Assembly: GCA_964016885.1 (NCBI GenBank)
Contig: OZ024741.1
Span: 212,784,001 to 212,848,000, forward strand
Direction of reading: 5' to 3'
DNA: 64,000 nucleotides
From: Eledone cirrhosa
Taxonomy: Eukaryota
Below, piece after piece: positions 13,991 through 28,749 of this stretch; the stretch's first letter is position 1, and every line of letters begins with the position of its first letter. Position numbers and translations under genes: made by a program. Below the pieces are notes generated by a model that was given only the letters and a program-made list of their open reading frames with translations, did no database searches and was not told the DNA's origin.

Positions 13991-16900
13991 CTACAGGATG
14001 GTATACAGAGAAGGCCCATTTACACAAGCCATTCTCGCCACTATCACCCACCTTTCATAAAACTGCCTGTGGCCAAGCACCTCTCTCTCCATTCTTATCC
14101 TTCTTCCGAAGTGATATCGGAAGAAGTAGACCAGACTATGACCAGAGAGGAAGTTGCCTGACCTCAGACCTTTCAATCGTGTCCACCAAATAACCTCTTT
14201 CAACATGGCTATTACGCACAGAAAAAGCGCCTTTGCTTCCTTTGTGAAGAGGGGAGGCGGTTTGATTGTCATCACGGACTCGGCGGTCAATTTAATCGGC
14301 GCCACCCGCGACAGCAGTCGTTCGGCGTAGCCCCACAGATCAGCCACGCCCGGACATTGCACCAATGCGTGCGCAACGGTTTCTTCGTGACGCACGCATC
14401 TAGGGCAAATCTTTTTTGAGGGATCCCTGCCCGGGCGCCCGTGTCTGTAGAGCCTCTCTCGAACGGGTAGAGCCCCCCGGTAGCACTGCCAGGCCAGTGA
14501 CTTCTGGAAGTTGTCCATTGGTCCTGGGCCGAAAGTCCTACCGAACAGGCTGGCCAGTTCGTCTTCTTCCATGTCCAGCGACTCTCCAAGGGTGTCATCG
14601 CCCCTGCTAGCCACCAGCCCTCTATAGAATGCTGAGGTGGATTCTCCACCGATGGCCTGGCCCGCTTGCCAGAGAGCCCTGAGCGCCTGAGCACACTCAG
14701 TGTGCCAGTCTCCCAGTTTTCCGGATCTTTGCTTGACACAGGACTGTAGCTCGGTGAGCGAGACGAGTCTCGGAAAGGCTCGTTTCACGAACGGAGCCCA
14801 CACCGGTTGACCAGTGAGGAATACCTGTAGGTGCCGTAGCCTTAATGGGTGCCTACGCATCATCAACCACGGCATCCCCAGCCTTCCTTTCGAAGGTTGT
14901 TGGCAGCAGATGGATCTTCTCACCATAGGAGGACGCTTCTTCCAAAGAAATTGGAAGAGCATGCGTTCCATGGTGGTGAGTGTTTCCTTAGGGCAAGGCA
15001 CGACAGTCAGGCGGTAGTAAGTGACGGACGCTATGTAAATGTTCGCCACCTCCGCCCGGCCTTTTAGGGACAGCTTACACTTGGCCCATTTCTGGGTTAG
15101 TGCAAACACCTTGTTCGTAACCTCGTTCCAGTTCTTTTCCACCTGGAGGTCCGGTCCAAACCAGACCCCAAGCAACTTTACCGGGCCCTTCGTCCAGTGT
15201 CCGACGACACCGTCAGGAGGCATCGGTCTGCCTCTCCACGTTCCGAGTTGGAGCCCGATGGATTTTTCCCGGTTCAGTTTCGCTCCTGACAACCTTTCGT
15301 ACTCCTCCAGTAAGGTACCGATCGCCTCGATCTCCGAGTCGGTTGATACCATTACTGTTACGTCATCGGCGTAGGCCGACATCGCTTTGCTCAATCCTGG
15401 TTCCAGGGGGATACCCTGCAACAACTCCAACTTCCTCAGTAAAGGCTCGAGAGTCAATACGTACAGAAGGGAGGAGAGAGGGCACCCCTGTCGAATGGAT
15501 CGTGTGATTTCGAACGGCTTCGAGAGGTAGCCGTTCACCTTGATCCTAGAACAGATGTGGTTGCTATGTAGGGCAGTGATCCAGCCTCTGAAAACAGGAC
15601 CGAACCCAGCCGCCGCTAGCACCGCATCCAGGTAACCATGGTCGACCCTATCGAAGGCCTTAGACTGATCTGAGTTGATCAGGCCCCCACCGAAGCCGGG
15701 TTTGTTGCCAACCCTCTCTATGATGTATCGCATGAGGTGGAGGTTATCGTGAATGGACCTGGATGGGATAGCACATGTCTGCGCATCTCCCACCAGGCCA
15801 CCCACGACAAGCGCCAACCTCTTTGCTAACACCTTGGCCAAAATCTTTAACTCTGTGTTTAGCAGGGTTATGGGCCGAAAATTATTTATATTATCCCCCT
15901 TGTTCTCGTCCTTCTTCACCAGCGTGACTACGCCCTTGGCTACAGAACAAGGAATTCTCTCGTTCTGCTGCCAATTGCAGTAGACCGCTTCGAGGAGTTC
16001 GGAGAAGAAGACCGGCATTGCTAAATAAAGTTCGTAAGGTATACCATCGAGACCTGGAGATTTGCGTCTGCTGTATTGGCTCAGCGCATCTCCGATCTCA
16101 TCAGCCGAGATTGGTCCCTCGCAGGACTCTGCCTCTTCGTTCGAGAGACGCGGCAGGCCGTCGAGGTATGGACCGAAATCCACGCCCCCGCCCGGACCCT
16201 CGCCTCCCCCGAACAATCGGGCAAAGTGCCTTTGAAAGGCCTCGCACATCTGCTTAGGCTCCCGGATCACCCGTCCATCTTCGTCTTGCAACGACCGGAT
16301 GGTGGATCGATTTCCACTCTTAGCTTCTGTCACGCGGGCCCATCCAACGGCTTTGGACCCCTCAGTACCTAGAGCACGTATTTTACTTCGAATGACGCAG
16401 CCTTCGTGCTTTGCATCGAAAAACTGGTTCAAGGCCGTGCTCGATGCCAGCACTCTGGCCACATCTTCGCTCTTGATTGCCTCTTCTAATTTACCTGTTA
16501 ATTCTTTCTCGTTTCTATTCCTATCGGCAGCTAACATCTTGCTATAACTTATTGATTCTGTTCTAATCTCTATTTTGAGAGATGCCCACCATCGGTTGTT
16601 GACGATTGCACCCGTCAACCTCTCCTTAACTAATCTGCTAATCCGGTTTCTGTAAGTCTCTTTTGCCGGTAAAGACAAATTAAGTTTCCAGTAACCGGGA
16701 CCCTGTCTATGTGTTTTCTCGAGATTGACCACGCAGGTCACTAATTTGTGATCCGTGTAGCCAACCGTGCGCTTTTCTGGACAGCTTAATATGTCCCTAT
16801 CCTTACTTCTAACTAAGAATCTATCTAAGTACGATCTAGATTGACCACTGTGGTTTCTCCGAGTCCAGGTAGGCACAGTTGGAAAATCTAATCGATATCT

Positions 16901-17428
16901 ATCGACCAAGTTAAAACGGTCGAGTAACCCCTTGAGGCTGTTACACCCCCCTCTATTAGAACATGCTCCTGCATAGTCCCAACGTGCATCCAGGATGTCA
17001 TTCCAATCCCCCGCTAGAAGCAGGGAACGCGACGTTCCCAGAAAAGTCTCCAAACGCTGGAAGAAGTCGGGCCGTTCAGCTCCGAAAGGGGAGTAGACGG
17101 CGACCAGTCTCAAGGCCGCACTTTCACTACTGCCAACGTCTAGCACCAACAAACGACCCTCCGGGTCCGAGTGCACAACCTGTACGGCAAGACCCAGGTG
17201 TTTTTGCAGCAGTACGACAACTCCACCCCCACCTCCGGGCTGACAGAGAGATGCGTGCATCTCAAAGTCATCGAAGGTGGGGGCCAGCTGCCGCACGACG
17301 CTGATTCGAGTCTCACAGATAACCATTACATTTATACTACATGACCTGAGGTCATTTAGAAGCTTTGCTTGCTTCCAAGTTGAGCCCAGGCCACGTGCAT
17401 TCAAACATCCTACTCTTAACACATCCAT
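13991..17428 (-). CDS. Tx1 ORF2: APE endonuclease + reverse transcriptase + C-terminal Cys/His finger, intact 1145 aa
   Basis: Uninterrupted ORF; LNARGL, ICET, GDWN, YLDR, TDH; KSPGLDG, RPITLLN, DQSKAFD, QGCPLS, YADD; CPRC...ETVAHALVQC. Confidence 0.93.
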   Translation of the reverse strand: MDVLRVGCLNARGLGSTWKQAKLLNDLRSCSINVMVICETRISVVRQLAPTFDDFEMHASLCQPGGGGGVVVLLQKHLGLAVQVVHSDPEGRLLVLDVGSSESAALRLVAVYSPFGAERPDFFQRLETFLGTSRSLLLAGDWNDILDARWDYAGACSNRGGCNSLKGLLDRFNLVDRYRLDFPTVPTWTRRNHSGQSRSYLDRFLVRSKDRDILSCPEKRTVGYTDHKLVTCVVNLEKTHRQGPGYWKLNLSLPAKETYRNRISRLVKERLTGAIVNNRWWASLKIEIRTESISYSKMLAADRNRNEKELTGKLEEAIKSEDVARVLASSTALNQFFDAKHEGCVIRSKIRALGTEGSKAVGWARVTEAKSGNRSTIRSLQDEDGRVIREPKQMCEAFQRHFARLFGGGEGPGGGVDFGPYLDGLPRLSNEEAESCEGPISADEIGDALSQYSRRKSPGLDGIPYELYLAMPVFFSELLEAVYCNWQQNERIPCSVAKGVVTLVKKDENKGDNINNFRPITLLNTELKILAKVLAKRLALVVGGLVGDAQTCAIPSRSIHDNLHLMRYIIERVGNKPGFGGGLINSDQSKAFDRVDHGYLDAVLAAAGFGPVFRGWITALHSNHICSRIKVNGYLSKPFEITRSIRQGCPLSSLLYVLTLEPLLRKLELLQGIPLEPGLSKAMSAYADDVTVMVSTDSEIEAIGTLLEEYERLSGAKLNREKSIGLQLGTWRGRPMPPDGVVGHWTKGPVKLLGVWFGPDLQVEKNWNEVTNKVFALTQKWAKCKLSLKGRAEVANIYIASVTYYRLTVVPCPKETLTTMERMLFQFLWKKRPPMVRRSICCQQPSKGRLGMPWLMMRRHPLRLRHLQVFLTGQPVWAPFVKRAFPRLVSLTELQSCVKQRSGKLGDWHTECAQALRALWQAGQAIGGESTSAFYRGLVASRGDDTLGESLDMEEDELASLFGRTFGPGPMDNFQKSLAWQCYRGALPVRERLYRHGRPGRDPSKKICPRCVRHEETVAHALVQCPGVADLWGYAERLLSRVAPIKLTAESVMTIKPPPLFTKEAKALFLCVIAMLKEVIWWTRLKGLRSGNFLSGHSLVYFFRYHFGRRIRMEREVLGHRQFYERWVIVARMACVNGPSLYTIL

Positions 17429-17461
17429 CTGGGCGGCAGAGCCAAAGGAGAGTGTAGAGAC

Positions 17462-19360
17462 CTACCTTTCCGCTTCCCGGGGTTCGGGTTGCACGACTTC
17501 CATGGTGTCGGGGGTGTTGGGTGAAGGGGTCTTGTGGTGGTGTGGGGTCGTCAGTGTGTGGTGGGGTTGGGGTGTTTGGAGTTGTGTTGGGGAGGGGAAG
17601 GGGAGGGGGAAAGCTTTTTAGTAGGACGCGGTTTATGGGTTTGACAGAGGGTGGTCCTACGTCCTCCTTAAAATCCTTTTTTAGTTTTTGGTAGAGGTTC
17701 ATTGGGATCTTTATTAGTTTTAAATGTGGGTAGTTTTCTGACGAAACAAAGTTTACACCTTCGATTTGTACCGAAGGATTATTGTATATGAGCTCATTTA
17801 ATTTATTATTGTTTCTGTTGATGTAAGTATAGTGTAATGTCTTTTTTTCCGATGGTGTGAGTGTTTCGAAGAGGGGAGGGGCAGGTTGGGTTTTGTTTGT
17901 TGCTGGAGGGGTGTTTTCTGTTTTGTTGGATTGTGTTGCGATTTGGGTGGGGGTTGTTTGTCCTTCTGTGTTTTGCACATGTTTTCTTTTTTTCCTTTTA
18001 ATCTGTCTGAAGGACTCCGTTTCTTCCTCCGAATTCGTTGGGTTATCTTCAGTGTTGGAGGGAAGAGGTATGTTTGCTCGTAATGTTTCCGTGTTGGTTT
18101 TCTTTGTGGGGGAGATGGATGTCACTATGTTAGACTGTGTTGTGTGTTGTGTCTGCGGTGGTTGTGTTGTTTTATTGAGTGAGAGGTTGGGTGGGCCTGT
18201 ATTTTGTTTTGGGGTAATGTGTTGTGACTGTTTGTGTTGTGGTGATGTTGTGGTTTTACTGAGGGACGGGTTGGTTGGGACTGAGTTTTGTTGTTTGTTT
18301 ATCTGTTGTGGTGGTGGTGGTGGAGCTGGTGTTGGTAGCAGGGTTTTCTTTTTGTTGCGTTGGGGACAAGTGGCCTTCAGGTGCCCTCTGCCTGCACAGA
18401 TATGGCAGGACAGCCTTCTCCCCTCCACGCTAATGTTTATATACCCGTGGTCCTCTAATAGGATTATGTCGGGTATTTGGGCGATGCGTTCAGGCTTCAT
18501 TTGTACTACCAGCTCTATACCTGTTCCACTGAACATATTGCCTGTGGTTTTCCCAATGGAAATCACGTTGTCATTCACTGGATCGATGAAGCCAGCTACG
18601 AGCCAGCAGTAGTCCACATCTGGCATCATTGCATCCAGCCATATGCGTTGAGTTCTTTTCCCCATATAAGATGGATAAAAGGTGAAATTTTTCGAGCGAA
18701 TTGGTGACAAAGCACATTTTTTTGCCGCCGATTCGTTCTTCATGATAATTGCTAGGCTTCCATACAGTCTGTCTTTTCTTATGAAAGTGGTTTCATTAAG
18801 TACTTCTGTGAGTACTGTTTTGATATCTGCTTGAGAAGGCTGTTCAGGTTTTTTTGTACTGTTGTTGATGGTCCGAAACTTGACCGTTCGGCTTTCAATG
18901 TCTTTCGTGAATTCTTGAGGCATTTTTACCGATAAAATACCATTCTCTCCTTCACTTATGTATTGTTTGGCGTCTGTGATCCTTCGTACTACATCTGAAA
19001 TGTTTTCCGCTATATAAGTCAAAGATTTCTTTGTTTTCTGTGCAAATGAAATCTTGTCGTCTGCTTTGTTTTCTGATATGGTGTTATTTTCAACTGTTAT
19101 TTTTGTGTTTGTTGTGTCTTTGTTTGTGTTATTAGTATTGTCATGCAATTTTTCAAATTTTTTTTTTTCGTTGTTGGAATCCAAGTCCAGATTTGTGTTT
19201 TCGTCATTTAATTTTTTCTCCGCAGATTCGTCCGTTTTTATTTTAATTTTTCCTTCCTTCTCTATGACGTTAGTTGGGAAGGAAGGGAGGACTAAAGCGT
19301 GCGAGCTTACAACTCTTACCGCTGTCCCCCACCACTATTTTCGTTCGCTGCGTTTAACAT
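17462..19360 (-). pseudogene. Tx1 ORF1 copy 2, frameshifted near both ends relative to copy 1
   Basis: 610-aa ORF 17352-19184 matches copy-1 ORF1 internally; the ATG equivalent (19360) and stop equivalent (17462) are out of its frame. Confidence 0.8.
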
Positions 19361-19596
19361 TTCTGTTAGACGATTGAAATTTTTTACACAAAATTTTTTA
19401 AAACAGGTTTTTCACCTCTAGGAGGGGTAAAGATGAGCTGACCCACCGCCTGACAGTTCAGACGGAGGGTCAAGCTACACAATTGTATCAAAATTAAGTT
19501 TGAACTCACAAAATGTCCTCAATAAATTTGAACAAAACTTCTGTGCGAAGTGAATGACATCCACACTGTAGAACAGACGACAGCTAGAGTGATAGT

Positions 19597-19671
<75 letters not shown>

Positions 19672-19779
19672 TAATAATAAATATTGAAGGCGGCCGTCCG
19701 GACTAGCAACTGCTAATTCTTGACCGCCTTCTCGTCTGGGACATTTCTCTCTGTGCTTTTCAGCCCCTTGGATTGTATC

Positions 19780-20035
19780 TATTACTATATTCCTTTGTTG
19801 GATAAATTTCTGAACCCGGTCATTGAAATGTTCATAGTATAATATATCCTTAAGGAATTACACCAGTCTAGCCTCCTGTCGTTTTATATTAATTAACTCC
19901 CTACATGCACCACCAATAACACAAACGAAGACGGATGAGTTACAATACGTCGAGTGCTCTCCCTAATATTACATCAATGTTGACTATACGGAATGACCTG
20001 TTCTATCCAGTGGTGAACCAGCAAACCTAAATGAA
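19780..20035 (+). mobile_element. Diverged copy of the PLE-like family found at 39083-39595
   Basis: ttacaccagtctagcctcctg...gactatacggaatgacctgttctatccagtggtgaacca is the reverse complement of 39083-39260; retains ccggtcattGAAAtgttcaTAgtataa (3' half of the HHR). Confidence 0.7.
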
Positions 20036-20769
20036 TATATATATATATAATCTGGTATATGAATGTGTACACTGACTCTGGCCCTGTCAGCATTGTTCAG
20101 TCGTGTAGTGCACGTCACTCTTTGCAGAGTGTGTGGAAGACGGCTATCGACAAGGACACAAATTCAAGGGTGGTTCTGACCTGCATAGAAACGATCTTTC
20201 CATGCTGTTCGCCGCAAGAGACCCGATGGTACATACGTCGAAATGTTACACTCGGCATACAACACCACCTGGAGACTTCATCCAACAAATAAGTCTCTCT
20301 GTATGGATCCCTGTTTCGAATCTCTAATATTGTGAAACATCGTCGTCTGGCCCTTCCCAGCCATCTCACTCTCCAATGTGAATCTGCTGGAAGATTGCTC
20401 CTTTGAACTCCGGATGCAAAGAGACGAGTTGGCCGACCGTATATCACCTTGAAATCAAAATCATGGAGATGGATACAGACCTCAAAGGAACGGATCGACC
20501 AACCGAGAACTCTGCAGCTCAAACTTCGTCAATGCGATTTATACGGGGCAGGTAATTTGACATTCGTTGTTTTTCCACTTAAGTCTTGACTTCTAGAACC
20601 AATCATCGACATAGATTGAGGTATACCTGGATTGAGGTATACCTGCACTTACATTTGCTGATACGGGAATTATTTCTTCATTGAAAATTTCAACTTCCAC
20701 TATATTTAAATCGGTACACCAACAAAAATACACTCAATTTGTATACTCACATCTCTACGGCAGTATTTA

Positions 20770-21090
20770 TAGTGACACTCCTTCGGTTATGACGACAATT
20801 GTTCCAGTTGATACGATCAATGGAAGAGATTGCTCATGAAATTAACGTGCAAGTGACTGAGCATTCCACAAACACGCGTACATTTAACTTAATTCTCAGG
20901 GTGATTCAGCATGAAACAGAATGTAACAAGGCTGGCCCTTCCAATTACAAGTACAACTCATTTGTGTCAATAACTGGAGCAACGTGAAATAAAGTGTCTT
21001 GCTCAAGAACACAGTGCACCGTCGGGAATCGAACTCACGATCACTCGATCGTGAGCCGAAGATCCTAAACATAATGCAGCGCGCCTTCTC
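20770..21090 (-). mobile_element. tRNA-derived SINE (gaaggcgcg...gagttcgattccc head family)
   Basis: Minus-strand A/B-box-like head followed by ttgagcaagacactttatttcacgttgctcc, shared with 39631 and 56235. Confidence 0.75.
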
Positions 21091-21379
21091 ACGGTTGTAT
21101 TTATATACTTCAATATATACACATTTTGAAAATATTTAGAATGAATTCTAATGCATGACCATTTTAACTTCCATCCTATTCCCTATTTTGATATAGATAG
21201 AAATCTAAACTATGATAAATGTAGTAATTGTTGTTCCACTTTGTTTTCTTTGCCTTACTTCATTTTAGTTTCTATAACTTATTTTCTACATTGGTGGCAT
21301 TCCTAAAGTAATTTTATACAAACCTGCTTACATTTGGTAGCGCTTGTAAGTAGTGCACCAGTACAATTATTATACTTTC

Positions 21380-22640
21380 ATTCTTTTACTGGTTTCAGTC
21401 AATAAACCGCAGGCATGCTTGAGCACTACATTCATTTATACTTTCACTGGTTTTACTGATTAGATTGCCGCCATGCTGGGGCACCACATTGTCTTATACT
21501 TTACTGGTTTCAATCATTACACTGTGACCATGCTGGGGCACCACATTCTCTTATGCTTTACTAGTTTCAGTCATTACACTGTGGCCATGCTGGGGCAACA
21601 CATTGTCTTATTCTTTACTGGCTTCAATCATTATACTGAAGCCATGCTGGGGCACCACATTCTCTTATTCTTTACTGGTTTCAGTCATTACACATGGTTT
21701 CACTCAATTTACTCTGGCCATGCTGGGGCACTAAGTTTTTTTAAATTCTTTTACTAGTTTCAGTCATTAGACTGTAGCCATGCTGGGGCACTAAGTTTTT
21801 TTATTCTTTTACTGGCTTCAATCATTAGACTGTGGCCATTCTGGGCCACCACATTGTCTTATTCTTTATGGCTTCAGTCATTACACTGTGGCCATGCTGG
21901 GGCATCACATTGTCTTATTCTTTACTGGCTTCAGTCATTACACTGAAGCCATGCTGGGGCACCCTTATTCTTTACTAGTTTCAGTCATTAGACTGTGGCC
22001 ATGCTGGGGCACATTATTCTCTTATTCTTTTACTGGTTTCACTCATTAGACTGTGGCCATGCTGGGACACCACGTTCTTTTATTCTTTTATTGGTTTCAA
22101 TCATTAGACTGTGGCCATGCTGGGCCACCACATTGTCTTATTCTTTATGGCTTCAGTCATTACACTGTGGCCATGCTGGGGCATCACATTGTCTTATTCT
22201 TTACTGGCTTCAGTCATTACACTGAAGCCATGCCGGGGCACCCTTATTCTTTACTAGTTTCAGTCATTAGACTGTGGCCATGCTGGGGCACATTATTCTC
22301 TTATTCTTTTACTGGTTTCACTCATTAGACTGTGGCCATGCTGGGACACCACGTTCTTTTATTCTTTTATTGGTTTCAGTCGTTAGACTGTGGTCATGCT
22401 GGGGCACCACATGCTTTTATTCTTTTTCTGGTCTCAGTCATTAGAATGTGGCCATGCTGGGGCACCACGTTCTTTTATTCTTTTATTGGTCTCAGTCATT
22501 AGACTGTGGTCATGCCGAGGCACCACATACTTTTATTCTTTTTCTGGTTTCAGTCATTTGACAGTGACCAGGCTTGGGCACAAAGTTCTTTTATTTTTTA
22601 CTGGTTTCAGTCATTAACCTGTGGCCATGATGGGGCAGTA
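21380..22640. repeat. ~55-60 bp minisatellite (about 21 units) with a 279-bp higher-order duplication
   Basis: Unit ttcttttactggtttcagtcattagactgtggccatgctggggcaccacattgtctta; block starting 21841 recurs at 22120. Confidence 0.9.
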
Positions 22641-22775
22641 TCTCCATTTAGTTGATTATATTGATACTAGTAATTATATTTTCAATATTTATAGTTATCG
22701 TATTTTGTTTCGATCCGACTACGCTAAGGACTACAATCACAGACTCTGATACCAATGTAGACATACACACTGGCA

Positions 22776-22826
<51 letters not shown>

Positions 22827-24225
22827 TCCTGTGTCTCAGGGTTTACTGCCATAGTCCTTTCATTTCATAATAATAACTGATTGAGGTTTCTAGCTGATGA
22901 AATCTTTCCAGCTTTTAGACATCACTACAATGCAAAGTCCACGTTCCACAGCCATAGTGGATACAACCAAGACTCGATACACTATGAGTTTCTTTTGTAG
23001 GTACAGGTTCTTGATTCCTAAGACACGATGGAAATGTTATACAAAAACGACGTTGGCAGCTCGAATCCTGTTCTAGACGTCTTTATCGGCGTTACATTGT
23101 GTGCAGAGGTTGCTACCGAGGTATTGGAACCAGTCTACTTGTTCCAGTGGTGTATTGGAGATGGCGTTGTTAAAATATGGAAGGAAATGTTTGGATCAGG
23201 TTATGCAAATATTTGGCTCTTTTTAATGTTGATTGTCAGACAAAAACCTATCATATACCTTTTAAAAATTGATAACTGATTCCTGTATTTCTTCAGATGA
23301 ATGAGTTGAGGAACCGCAGTCTTCTGTATATTAAAGATCAGTGACATGCGTCCTGTTAATCTGTCTTTCTATTCGGAGTTTGGACAGATTGTAGGGTCCA
23401 CCATCGAAACAGTACTTGATCTCTATACCAGGATTGGCAGGTGGGAATTTATTAAAGCATGGTCGCAGTTTATAGGGAGAATAAGGTTGGAGCACGTACA
23501 GACCCTAATTTCAAGCTATTAACGTGTGTTGTTTTGATATGAAACATGTTATCGTTCAGTTACCAGGGGAATGCCCCGAAGAGCAACCAAATCGATTCAG
23601 GACCATTCACATATCCTGTGCTTGGTGCAATATCGAAAACGATTTAGAGATCATAAAAGACAAGGAGAGGTTACCATGGTTTTCCTAATTTTTATTGTAG
23701 TTGTTATACACAAAACATCATGTGAACGGTTCCTCTGCGGGCCCCGAAAATGTTCCCAAATTGCAGCGCAGCTGGACTGAACCCTGCAACAACATGCTTA
23801 CAAAGCGAAATCCTTCCTCGCACATCCATGTCTGAAACTATTCAATATATATTAAATGTGAGGAGGAAATGTGCAGTATTGTAGAAATGTCTGGGATGTT
23901 GCTCTAAATTGTTCACATTAGAGATTAAATTCCTTTCAGTCTATATATATATTGGCGGAATATCATAATGGTGACAGACACTTATAATTTGATGTGGCGT
24001 GGAGTTGTCTGTAGACATACATACATACATGTATGAATGTATATATACACATAGATACACATAGATACACATATATACACACACACATATATATATATAT
24101 ATAAATGTATATATATATATACATATATATATGTATATATATGTCATATATATGTATATATATATATATAAATGTATGTGTACATGCTTATGTGGGCACG
24201 CATACATACACACACACATATACAG

Positions 24226-24319
<94 letters not shown>

Positions 24320-24831
24320 TACGAGTGAGTGTGGAGTCTTAGGTTAGATTTTAACATTTTGGCTCGGCAAAAGAAAATTTCGTATTATATTATTTGCTTA
24401 AGAATTAGTCTGACATCATATAAAATTATGGAAATATTGATAAAATAAAATAATAAAAAAAAATGCGAAGCAATCTTTTCTTCTCCTTTTCTGTTTAGCC
24501 ATTTTGTTTTCGCAGTTCGAAAATGGCTGTGTAATTGGCTAATTTTACTTTAGATCAATCTAATTCATTCGACTGCTTCTATTATGAGTTATTACTAGTA
24601 ATCAAGTCAAATAGACTCCTATTAGAATATTTCTAGGGAAATGGGTGAAGGTGTGGCTGTCTGGTTAAGGAGATTTATTGAGAAACCATATAGTTTTGAG
24701 TTATGCTTTGCCTATTGAGTACATCTTTTATATATGTATTCTATCATAGCCTTGGGTTATCTCATGCTATGCAAGAGATATCTGTTAGACGGAAACTGTA
24801 CGGAAGGGTATCATACGTATCGTATATATTA

Positions 24832-26059
<1,228 letters not shown>

Positions 26060-26155
26060 TATACATAAATACATATATATATACATATATTCATAGAAAT
26101 ACACATTTATATATATATACATACACACACACACAGCCATATATATATAAAAATA

Positions 26156-26220
<65 letters not shown>

Positions 26221-26221
26221 T

Positions 26222-26520
26222 TATTAAAATAACAGATTAAAGTTTAAGCAAAGAATCGCTGCTTTCACCCTTAACGGGATTTTCTGAAACTAACAAAGTC
26301 AATCTGTAAACACAGAACTGGATATTTCAAAAAACGTTGCAACCGGAGGAAGACAGGAAGACGATACTTTGGTTCATGGTGACGTTCGCTGGCAAAGAAC
26401 GGGAAAAAACGAATAATACGTCATTAATAGGAGCGGTGAAAAACAATTACGTTTCAGAAGATCCCGTTAAGGGTGAAAGCAGCGATTCTTTGCTTAAACT
26501 TTAATCTGTTATTTTAATAA
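26222..26520. mobile_element. Fold-back element of the CAGAAGA-HHR family (long arm minus, short arm plus) next to (TA)n
   Basis: 26222-26290 inverts to 26451-26520; the long arm is homologous to 46370-46578. Confidence 0.8.
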
Positions 26521-26606
26521 ATATTTGCTCTTCGGTTCTTATATACTTGATATATATTTTCCTTATCGAGCCCTCTCTGGATTTTACTCTTCAATTTTAT
26601 TATTAT

Positions 26607-26662
<56 letters not shown>

Positions 26663-26668
<6 letters not shown>

Positions 26669-26797
26669 CCGTACAGTAAATATTTATTATCAGCACAGAT
26701 TAAAAGTTTCATCAAACAATTTTTGCTTTCGCACTAAAAGTACATCGCTTTAGGGCAAATGCAGAATGTGTTAGCTTAAATTTGTTTAATCTCTGCC

Positions 26798-26840
<43 letters not shown>

Positions 26841-27272
26841 GTTTCTACTTTTTGGCACAAGGCCAGCAGTTATTCCAGTGTATTACTGGTGCTTTAGTTT
26901 ATCGACCCCGTAAGTTTGAAAGGCAACGTTAACCTCGATATATTTATATATATATATATTGTATATATTATTATTATTATTATTAATATATATAATATAT
27001 ATATATATATAAATATATCGAGGTTAACGTTGCCTTTCAAACTTACGGGGTCGATAAACAAAAGCACCAGTAATACACTGGAATAATTGCTGGCCTTGTG
27101 CCAAAAAGTAGAAACATTTATTATTATTATTATTATTGGCAGAGATTAAACAAATTTAAGCTAACACATTCTGCATTTGCCCTAAAGCGATGTACTTTTA
27201 GTGCGAAAGCAAAAATTGTTTGATGAAACTTTTAATCTGTGCTGATAATAAATATTTACTGTACGGGTGTGT
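26663..27272. repeat. ~600-bp composite palindrome (flanking DNA + (AAT)n + SINE 3' part) centred on an AT-rich tract
   Basis: acacacccgtacag... / ...ctgtacgggtgtgt; arms differ by a few substitutions and by (AAT)n length. Confidence 0.9.
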
Positions 27273-27295
27273 ATATATATATATATATATGTATG

Positions 27296-27327
<32 letters not shown>

Positions 27328-27402
27328 CGTGTACATACTTATATTTAAGTAACATCCGTACTAAGAGTGGGAAATTAAATTTCGTTTCATTTATTCCGTT
27401 TA

Positions 27403-27438
<36 letters not shown>

Positions 27439-28057
27439 TGGTATATATATATATATATATATATACAACCAATTTGTTAGCTTAAATTTGTGGTTAATAA
27501 AGAAAGCATTATTATTATATATATATATGTGTGTGTGTATGTGTGTGTGTGTGTTGCTGTGTCCTCGTTCTTATATTTGTGTTTGTCAGCGCTTTGACAC
27601 AAAGACACCAAAGAAAGAGTTTGCAGATTTGCAGACTTGAAAAAACCCCCCATAAAATCAGCATTGGTGTGGATACGATCAACGACATAAATTTCAAGAT
27701 GGTGCTGTATTATGGCCGCAGATTAATGACTGGAAGCAGCGAATGAAATATTTCTGCCTAAGGCTGTAACCTCTCGGTAAAAACAATTTTGTATAATATA
27801 AAATATGTACAGTAAGAGGAAATTTTGGCACAAAAGTAGAAACAGACTAAATGGAACGTAATGGGGGTCTGTTATAGATAAAAAATCGATAGAAAAAATG
27901 GAATCATTTTGAATTAATGTTGTTTACTTCACTGAAAACCTTTCTACAGTCGAGAGATGAGGAAAAGAAAACCAAACGTAAAACAAATCAAATAAATTTT
28001 CTTGTCACCAAATTGGTGTGTGGCTGTCTCCTCGTTCTTATGCCCGTGTTCTGTGTA

Positions 28058-28133
<76 letters not shown>

Positions 28134-28134
28134 G

Positions 28135-28184
<50 letters not shown>

Positions 28185-28214
28185 TATAGAGAGAAATATA
28201 TATATGAATTATAG

Positions 28215-28250
<36 letters not shown>

Positions 28251-28254
<4 letters not shown>

Positions 28255-28609
28255 CTATTAACCAATTTTCACCCTGAATCTTCTGGACAATTAGATGACC
28301 AGTACACATGTTTGTGGAATATTCAGCAACTTGCGCTATAATACAAAATGTACTGCAACATTAATTCAATAGTTCAGCCTTTTCACAAAATAGCCACGCT
28401 AAATCTCCCCTAGAATAACGATAAAGGTACATGTACACGTGTCTGTGAAACGTTCAACAACATTCTTCTTAAATTGCTGAATGGATTGGTCAGTTGATTG
28501 AACAACTGAAACTATCTTCGTTGAAAATGAAGGAGGTCCAACACACACACACGCACACACACACACATACACACACACGCATACACATATATATATATAT
28601 ATATATAAA

Positions 28610-28661
<52 letters not shown>

Positions 28662-28705
28662 AAATGAGTCAGAACCCCGACGGCAGAGCTCACGCCGTTC
28701 GATAG

Positions 28706-28749
<44 letters not shown>

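Larger units (their letters stand above)
13776..19588 (-). mobile_element. Full-length Tx1/L1-clade retrotransposon, copy 2, inserted in (GATA)n
   Basis: Reverse complement of 1084-6864 with scattered substitutions; (GATA)n at 13760-13775 and 19598-19670. Confidence 0.93.

Noticed and set aside
21380-22640. CRISPR-like regular repeat
   Set aside because: Contiguous tandem units with no unique spacers, eukaryotic context, no cas genes.
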